This document shows positions 58,025 through 64,000 of a stretch of DNA of 64,000 bases, one piece after another; within the stretch, counting starts at the first letter, position 1; the number at the start of each line of letters is the position of its first letter. The translations under genes were made by a program, and so were the position numbers. Below the pieces are notes generated by a model. It did not search any database and had not been told where the DNA came from. It saw only the letters and a list, made by a program, of their open reading frames with translations. This DNA is from Candidatus Hodarchaeota archaeon (lineage in GTDB: Archaea; Asgardarchaeota; Lokiarchaeia; Sigyniarchaeales; SOKP01), in contig JBHLKM010000001.1 of NCBI GenBank assembly GCA_048886685.1, forward strand, positions 128,001 through 192,000. Direction: 5' to 3'.

Positions 58025-58513
58025 ATGGCTTCCTACCGTTTAATTTTTGGGATTCTTATAGGAATTATTTTGAGCTTTTTAACTGTGTTTTTCTTTAATA
58101 TGGAAAATATTTTTAACCAAATCCAAATTTATGCTGATACTGATATACTAAAAGCAATCGCATTGTTAATAGGAGCAAATTTTAAATTTGATATCATCGC
58201 TTTTTTTACTGGAACTTTAAGTGTCTCCGGTTTCTTTGCAGCCCAACTTTTAGCTTGGCTTTTTGTAGGATATATTAGCGGTACGATTGCAAAAGGCTTA
58301 CGAAGAGGGATAATTGCAGGTTTACTAGTTGTAGTTATTGATATTTTGTTATGGATAATTTTAAGCATTATTTCTGGTGAAGATTTGATGGCTTTATTCC
58401 AAGGAACACAATTATCAGAAACTTTAGGGGGAATTATAAGTGGTCTATTAGGAGCGTTTATAGGAGGTTCAATTGGAGGTTTAGTCAGCGGACCCTATGA
58501 AGAATTTTATTAG
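58025..58513 (+). CDS. Small four-TM, Gly-rich membrane protein of unknown function
   Basis: Hydrophobic helices with GxxxG motifs (GYISG, GLLGAFIGGSIGG). Confidence 0.7.
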   Translation: MASYRLIFGILIGIILSFLTVFFFNMENIFNQIQIYADTDILKAIALLIGANFKFDIIAFFTGTLSVSGFFAAQLLAWLFVGYISGTIAKGLRRGIIAGLLVVVIDILLWIILSIISGEDLMALFQGTQLSETLGGIISGLLGAFIGGSIGGLVSGPYEEFY

Positions 58514-58677
58514 GGTATGCTTAATTAAATAATCAAGAGTTCTTTCTCAAATTCTTATTCACTATTGGAATATATAGTTTAGTGATCTTGCATTTTCAAA
58601 TAGAGATTATAATTATTGGAACGTTAATATTTGTTGATACCTAAAATTTAAAGTTAATTAATTAATTATAAAAATTA

Positions 58678-59214
58678 ATGGCTAAGGAAGAAGAAATTTT
58701 ACCAGATCGTGAATACGCAATCGATTTACTTAGAAAGTTAAAAATTCCTTATTCAGTTAGGCGTCATTCTGAAAAAGTAGCAGATAAAGCTTTGGAAATA
58801 GCAAATAAAATAACTAAGGTTAAAGTAGATAAAAATCTAATTGAAATTGGGGCGCTTCTACATGATATTGGTAGAACGAAAACACATGGCTTCAAACACG
58901 CATTAATTGGAGGTAAAATTTTGAGAGAAAGAGGCTTTTCCGATAAACTTGCCAAAATTTGTGAAACTCACATACTAGGAGGATTGGATGTAGAGGATGC
59001 AAAGAGATTCAATCTACCTGAAAAAGATTTTTTGCCATTATCGCTAGAAGAGAAGATAATATGTTTAGCAGATAAACATATGGCTGGAACGAGGGAAGTT
59101 ACAATAACAGAAAGATTTAATCGTTGGTTTCAAAAGTATGGGAGAAGTCAAATTTTACTGAAGTCTAAAAAGCGTATTGAAAGAATACAAAAAGAAATAG
59201 AGAGTCTAATGTAA
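58678..59214 (+). CDS. HD-domain (HDIG, TIGR00295-like) metal-dependent phosphohydrolase
   Basis: H...V, GALLHDIGR, H...G, H..GG, P.SLEEKII..AD. Confidence 0.88.
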   Translation: MAKEEEILPDREYAIDLLRKLKIPYSVRRHSEKVADKALEIANKITKVKVDKNLIEIGALLHDIGRTKTHGFKHALIGGKILRERGFSDKLAKICETHILGGLDVEDAKRFNLPEKDFLPLSLEEKIICLADKHMAGTREVTITERFNRWFQKYGRSQILLKSKKRIERIQKEIESLM

Positions 59215-59219
59215 TTTGA

Positions 59220-59720
59220 TCATTTGAATAATTTCTTCTTTAATTGATTTAAAATACCTTTATCTTCTATTATTTGTGTTAGAAAATCTGGTAATTTCTT
59301 AAAACCTATTTCTTTATTTTTAGTCTTATTAAAAATAATGCCTTCATTTAATCTTATTTCTAAATAATCGTCATGAGAAAATTCCTTTTTATCCCAATTT
59401 AATTGAATTCCTGGAATACCCAGATTAATCAGATTTCTAAAATAAATTCGAGCAAAAGATTTTGCGATAATAGCTTTAACTCCAAGAATTTTAAATACAT
59501 TGACAGCTTCTTCTCTCGAACTACCTGTTCCAAAATTTTCACCAGCGATAATAATATTATTTTTTGTAACAATTTCTACAAAATTTGGGTAAAGATATCT
59601 AAGAGTTTGTTTAGCCATATCAGCGGCATCTCTAAGGGTTAATGCATTGCTTGGAACAATATAATCTGTGTTTATATCATCTCCTAATATATATGTATAA
59701 CCTCTGATTATATTAATCAA
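59220..59720 (-). CDS. leuD: 3-isopropylmalate dehydratase/homoaconitase small subunit
   Basis: GDDINTD.I.P, AGENFG.GSSRE.A, IAKSFARIYFRN.IN.G; substrate (Leu vs homoaconitate) not determinable. Confidence 0.85.
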   Translation of the reverse strand: MINIIRGYTYILGDDINTDYIVPSNALTLRDAADMAKQTLRYLYPNFVEIVTKNNIIIAGENFGTGSSREEAVNVFKILGVKAIIAKSFARIYFRNLINLGIPGIQLNWDKKEFSHDDYLEIRLNEGIIFNKTKNKEIGFKKLPDFLTQIIEDKGILNQLKKKLFK

Positions 59721-60980
59721 TTATAACACCCCTCTTGGATCTGTTATCTTTCCATTTATAGCTGAAGCTGCAACAGTGGCTGGAGAAGCCAAGTAAATTT
59801 GAGAACTAGGAGCCCCCATTCTTCCCACAAAATTACGATTTGAGCTACTAATACAAATTTCATCAGGTCCTAATACACCCATATGACCACCTACACATGG
59901 TCCACAGGTAGAATGCCCAACTATCGCCCCAACTTTTAAAAAAATATCAATTAATCCTTCTTTTAAAGCTTCTTTATATATTTCCGTAGAAGCTGGGATA
60001 ACAATTAATCGTGTTTTTGAATTAACTTTTTTTCCTTTGAGAATCTTTGCGGCTATACGGAAATCTTCCATTCTTCCATTTGTACAACTACCTATGAATG
60101 CTTGATCAATCTCAATACCCTCTACTTCCTCTACATTGGCTATATTACCTGGATTTGAAGGTTTCGCAACAATGGGAGTGATTTCCGAAAGGTTATAATT
60201 GAATTCTTTTTCATAAGTGGCATCGTTATCAGGATATACATACTTATAAGGTATGTCGGTTCTTTTTTCTAACCATCTCGTTAATTTATCATCTGCTAGA
60301 AATACCCCAAATTTAGCTCCTGCTTCTACTACCATATTTGTGATTGTCATCCTTCCATCAATAGAAATATCCCTTATAGCATTACCATGAAATTCCAATG
60401 ATTTATAAATTGCACCTTTAGTAGTTAAATCTCCTATTAGTTTCAATATAAAATCTTTAGACATTATACCTTTATCTAATACACCTTTAAGGTTTATTTT
60501 AAAAGATTCTGGTACTTTAAACCAGAGATTTCCTGTTGCGAAGGCAACAGATACATCAGTAGCACCAATACCCGTAGATAGACAATTAAAAGCGCCATAT
60601 GTAGTTGTATGACTATCAGAACCCACTATCAGCATTCCAGGCCTAGAAAAACCCATTTCTGGTAAGACTTGGTGACAAATCCCTTTATTCATTCCAACGT
60701 TATTTATAAATTTATATTTTTCAGCAAAAATTCGGCAATCTTGATGCATTTCTGCCGCAGAAATTGTAGGTGCAGGAACCCAGTGATCCAATATGAAAAA
60801 GATTTTATTTGGATCCCAAACATAATCTATTCCTAATTTTTCATACTCTTTATGAATTCTTCCTCCTAGTTGCTCGTGAACCATTATTAAATCAATGTTG
60901 CATTCAATAAATTGACCTGGAACCACTTTTTTAACATTTGAATGTTCTAACAATATTTTTTCAGCGATTGTATAACTCAT
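59721..60980 (-). CDS. leuC: 3-isopropylmalate dehydratase/homoaconitase large subunit
   Basis: TIAEKIL, DHWVP, GICHQV, DSHT.TYGA, IGSCTNGR.ED, CGPC.G, NRNF.GRMG, LASP...AASA. Confidence 0.9.
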   Translation of the reverse strand: MSYTIAEKILLEHSNVKKVVPGQFIECNIDLIMVHEQLGGRIHKEYEKLGIDYVWDPNKIFFILDHWVPAPTISAAEMHQDCRIFAEKYKFINNVGMNKGICHQVLPEMGFSRPGMLIVGSDSHTTTYGAFNCLSTGIGATDVSVAFATGNLWFKVPESFKINLKGVLDKGIMSKDFILKLIGDLTTKGAIYKSLEFHGNAIRDISIDGRMTITNMVVEAGAKFGVFLADDKLTRWLEKRTDIPYKYVYPDNDATYEKEFNYNLSEITPIVAKPSNPGNIANVEEVEGIEIDQAFIGSCTNGRMEDFRIAAKILKGKKVNSKTRLIVIPASTEIYKEALKEGLIDIFLKVGAIVGHSTCGPCVGGHMGVLGPDEICISSSNRNFVGRMGAPSSQIYLASPATVAASAINGKITDPRGVL

Positions 60981-62239
60981 CGTTCCTCACATAATAATTC
61001 TTTATTTTCACACAGAATTTCATAATCATTATCAAGCATTAATATTGATTTGCGAATAATTAAAAAGGCTTCGTATAAAACTTTAGGATCCACCTTATCT
61101 GGAGTATCAACCTTATTATGCGTGTATTTTCCAGCAACTCTAGTTACGATATCAATAGAATCGTATCCTTCTAGATGAAATGGAACAGAATCCGTATGTG
61201 CTCCAACAGATAAATGAAATCCACTTATTATTATATTTTCTTTAACTGCAGCTTCATCTAAATACTTACTAAGAAGTGGTGCTATTTTTTTTCTTGGCAA
61301 GACACCATATGATTCTAAATATTCTACTCTATTTCTCGAATTTCCTGCACACGAGATCATATCTAAATTAAAATGAAATGTCTTACCCTTTATGAATTGT
61401 TTTGTTCGTTTATTTACGAAATTCCGTGAGCCCATTGTCCCCAATTCTTCTGCGGAAAATTGACAGAACCAGAGATTAAAATTTGAAAGTGGATTTTCTT
61501 TAAAGTAATTACTTAAGACAAAAACAATTGCCATACCAGAAGCATTATCCAAAGCCCCCGGTGATTCATTTTGTGTATTTAGGAACAATAAAAATATATT
61601 TGATATAGAAATTATAATTGTACATACCCACATTCCAGTACCTACTACTGTTAAATTCAATTTTAGAGGTGAATAAGTCCGAATAAATAATGCAATTAAA
61701 AAACCACCTAGAAATATCCCAGTATAAAGCCAAATTCGATAAAAGACTACTCTCCAGGATGTTTTAAACGTTTGTGATTTAGAATCTAAATGAGCTGAGA
61801 TGACAATATTTCCTGCTTCAGCAGTATGCAATTTATTTGCGGGAATTTTTACAAATACATTTGTAGCTGAGAGTGTATTACCATAATATTCCCCCCAGAA
61901 ACCGGGAGTTTCCGGATGTTTCAGTCCTTTAATAATCAGGAAAATTAAGAAAATTCCAGTTCCAATAACAAATACTGAAAGAACTAAATTAACATAAGCG
62001 AACATTAGAATAAATAAGGAAAAAGTCAAATTAATCACCATAATAAGTTTAATTAATGTTGTTGAGTAAAAATCAGAGAATTCGAAAGGTTCTCTTTGTA
62101 TATTAGAATCCTCAAAACCAATTTTTCTAAATGCATCAATGGTAAGAGCAACTGCTTGTTTTTCTCCTTCAGTACCAACTAAACGGGGAAAACTAAACAT
62201 TTTGACATAATTATGAAGTTTATTTTTATGATTAGACAG
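60977..62239 (-). CDS. M28 family zinc peptidase with inserted TM hairpins (paralog of 47719..48891); probable CTG start at 62239 (track start 62200)
   Basis: FSFPRLVGT, SAHLDSK, GALDNASG, SAEELGT.G, NLDMI, TDS.PF, YTH...D. The upstream extension matches the paralog's N-terminal length. Confidence 0.82.
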   Translation of the reverse strand: MSNHKNKLHNYVKMFSFPRLVGTEGEKQAVALTIDAFRKIGFEDSNIQREPFEFSDFYSTTLIKLIMVINLTFSLFILMFAYVNLVLSVFVIGTGIFLIFLIIKGLKHPETPGFWGEYYGNTLSATNVFVKIPANKLHTAEAGNIVISAHLDSKSQTFKTSWRVVFYRIWLYTGIFLGGFLIALFIRTYSPLKLNLTVVGTGMWVCTIIISISNIFLLFLNTQNESPGALDNASGMAIVFVLSNYFKENPLSNFNLWFCQFSAEELGTMGSRNFVNKRTKQFIKGKTFHFNLDMISCAGNSRNRVEYLESYGVLPRKKIAPLLSKYLDEAAVKENIIISGFHLSVGAHTDSVPFHLEGYDSIDIVTRVAGKYTHNKVDTPDKVDPKVLYEAFLIIRKSILMLDNDYEILCENKELLCEER

Positions 62240-62360
62240 TTTATTAGTTCCCCCTTAATCTTCAATTTTAATCGAAATTCATATTTAAATTTTGTTTAAA
62301 TTCAGCCAAATTTTTAAAATAATAAGGATAATTTAGGTTTTATCATTATAAATTTTAATT

Positions 62361-62963
62361 TTACGTATTTAGCATATCCAAAACTAATTTTTGTATCTTC
62401 TCTTGGACAAATTCTATAATATCATCTGAACTAATTATATGATATCCTTCTTGTTTAGCTCGGGAAAGATATAGATTTCTCACTTTATCTAAAAAGGTAT
62501 TATTCTCAAATTTTTCTAAATATTCTCCGTTTTTCCGAGCTAATGCAATTTTAGGATCAATATCTAAAATTATGGTAATGTCAGGATGACCTATAAATTT
62601 ATTCAACTCTTTTACCCACTCAATTGTTATCCTATCAGATTGAATAGATTGGTATATTATAGATGATTCTATATAACGATCAGAGATTACCATGTATCCA
62701 TCATCCAGTTTTTTCTTTATTTCATTATGATAATGTAAATCTCTATCTGCTGCAAACAATAAAGCATCTGTCGTAGGGGGAATTTCCTTATTTTTCAAGA
62801 ATTTTCTCAATAATTTCCCTATATCGCTTTTAGATGGTTCTTGGGTTAGGTGAACTTTAAAACCCTTCTTATGCTCTAAGAATCCGGCAAGAAGTTGACT
62901 ATGAGTAGTGGTACCACATCCATCGATGCCATCTAAAACAATAAAGAGGGATTTTTGGGTCAA
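62361..62963 (-). CDS. tmk: Thymidylate (dTMP) kinase
   Basis: FIVLDGIDGCG.TT P-loop, T.EP, LLFAADR..H, ISDRY..SS..YQ, PD..I.LDI. Confidence 0.9.
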   Translation of the reverse strand: MTQKSLFIVLDGIDGCGTTTHSQLLAGFLEHKKGFKVHLTQEPSKSDIGKLLRKFLKNKEIPPTTDALLFAADRDLHYHNEIKKKLDDGYMVISDRYIESSIIYQSIQSDRITIEWVKELNKFIGHPDITIILDIDPKIALARKNGEYLEKFENNTFLDKVRNLYLSRAKQEGYHIISSDDIIEFVQEKIQKLVLDMLNT

Positions 62964-63173
62964 TATAATTTATGAAATGTAGTTTTCAATTGAAATTTTA
63001 AATGTATCTATTAATTAAATAATCAATAAGAACTTATTTGATTTAATCTTAATTAACTTAGATTATTAATTTTTTAACAAATTAAAGCATTTACAGTAAT
63101 GAAGTAAAGTGTTGTTCCAAAAAGATTAAATAGATTAAATATTACCTAAGAAAACAAAATATTATATTTCAAA

Positions 63174-63557
63174 ATGCAGACTCGTAATCCAACAGGATTT
63201 TGTCCAAGATGTAACCAAAATGTATTGTTAACCCGTAAAGATTTTGATACTTGTTTGGCAATAATTTTGTTAATTTTTACAGCGGGCATTGGTTTAATTA
63301 TTTATTTAGCCGTTTATTACAGTAGAGGTGAGGACAGATGTGTACATTGTGGTACTCAGATTACTCTTGCTCCATCTCAGAAATCCTATTCATACCAACC
63401 CCAAACGCAAACTCAATCCACATTATCTCCTACACCCGTCAGCATATCTGAAGAAATAAGAGGAGGAATACCAAATTTTTGTCCTTTATGTGGTGAAAAA
63501 TTAGAACTTGGAACAAAATTTTGTCCAAATTGTGGTAGTAAAACTACGGGAGAGTAA
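63174..63557 (+). CDS. LITAF-like zinc-ribbon membrane protein with C-terminal double zinc ribbon
   Basis: CPRC-hydrophobic hairpin (AIILLIFTAGIGLIIYLAVY)-CVHC, Q/S/T/P linker, then CPLCG...CPNCG. Confidence 0.75.
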   Translation: MQTRNPTGFCPRCNQNVLLTRKDFDTCLAIILLIFTAGIGLIIYLAVYYSRGEDRCVHCGTQITLAPSQKSYSYQPQTQTQSTLSPTPVSISEEIRGGIPNFCPLCGEKLELGTKFCPNCGSKTTGE

Positions 63558-63701
63558 ATTTATCGAATTTACTGATTAAATCTCCATTCCAATTTAATTT
63601 TGTCTTTTAATCCAATCAAATATTGGTCTAAAGATCATTAAAGAATCAAAATAATTTAGATATCATTAAAGAATTAAAAAAAATTGGAGGTAAAATAAAT
63701 A

Positions 63702-64000
63702 ATGTATTGTACTCATTGTAATAGGAATGTAGAGACAAAAAAGATGGAGTTCAATGTTGCATTAGCGATATTCTTAGCGATATTTACAGGTGGTATTGGC
63801 TTATTAATTTATGTTGCGATATTTCTGGATAGAGAAAAAAGACCTCGCTGTATTCATTGTAATTCGGTCTGTTATACTCAAAATATTACTCAACCAAGTT
63901 CAAATTACCAGTTAATTACTACACCCAATCAATATCAGAATCAGAAAGCTATTTTAGTATCTCAACAAGTTGAGGAAAAAGCAAAATTTTGTTACAACTG
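63702..64000 (+). CDS. Second LITAF-like zinc-ribbon membrane protein (tandem paralog), partial at window edge
   Basis: Own translation: MYCTHCNRNVETKKMEFNVALAIFLAIFTGGIGLLIYVAIFLDREKRPRCIHCNSVCYTQ...AKFCYN; SD GGAGGT at 63686-63691. Not in the ORF track. Confidence 0.8.
   Translation, partial: MYCTHCNRNVETKKMEFNVALAIFLAIFTGGIGLLIYVAIFLDREKRPRCIHCNSVCYTQNITQPSSNYQLITTPNQYQNQKAILVSQQVEEKAKFCYN

Overview
AT-rich, gene-dense archaeal DNA, most likely from an Asgard archaeon of the Lokiarchaeia/Promethearchaeota type. That assignment is an inference from the eukaryote-like E1/E2/JAMM/RING genes, archaeal uS2, ether-lipid enzymes, SCP2 proteins and GGTGA-type ribosome-binding motifs. The standout is at 1-6256, a compact ubiquitin-like conjugation locus. 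It has three paralogous beta-grasp modifiers that end in a single free Gly (two ...LIPASTAG, and one N-terminally membrane-anchored ...LIPSRKDRG). It also has a UBA3/UBA2-like E1, an E2 with two loop insertions, an Rpn11/CSN5-like JAMM isopeptidase, a six-TM RING-variant E3 and a divergent tandem winged-helix regulator. Together these suggest a candidate membrane-centred (ERAD/UFMylation-like) Ubl system. The rest is mainly metabolism. It includes pterin/methanopterin and F420/flavin biosynthesis (mptA, arfC, cofG, cofH, DHPS-like, mptD, RFAP synthase, DUF447), a glycyl-radical enzyme with its activase, and an ether-lipid operon (polyprenol kinase, GGR, GGGPS, DGGGPS). It also includes a sulfatase with maturase, GH1, IlvD, a ThDP enzyme, a LeuC/LeuD-type pair, two orphan adenine methyltransferases, a radical-SAM/DUF4130 DNA-repair pair, uS2, tmk and tandem LITAF-like zinc-ribbon membrane proteins. 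Several genes appear to start at non-canonical ATT/CTG codons. I recognised no rRNA, tRNA, CRISPR array or transposase. All calls come from motif recognition by eye; no searches were run.
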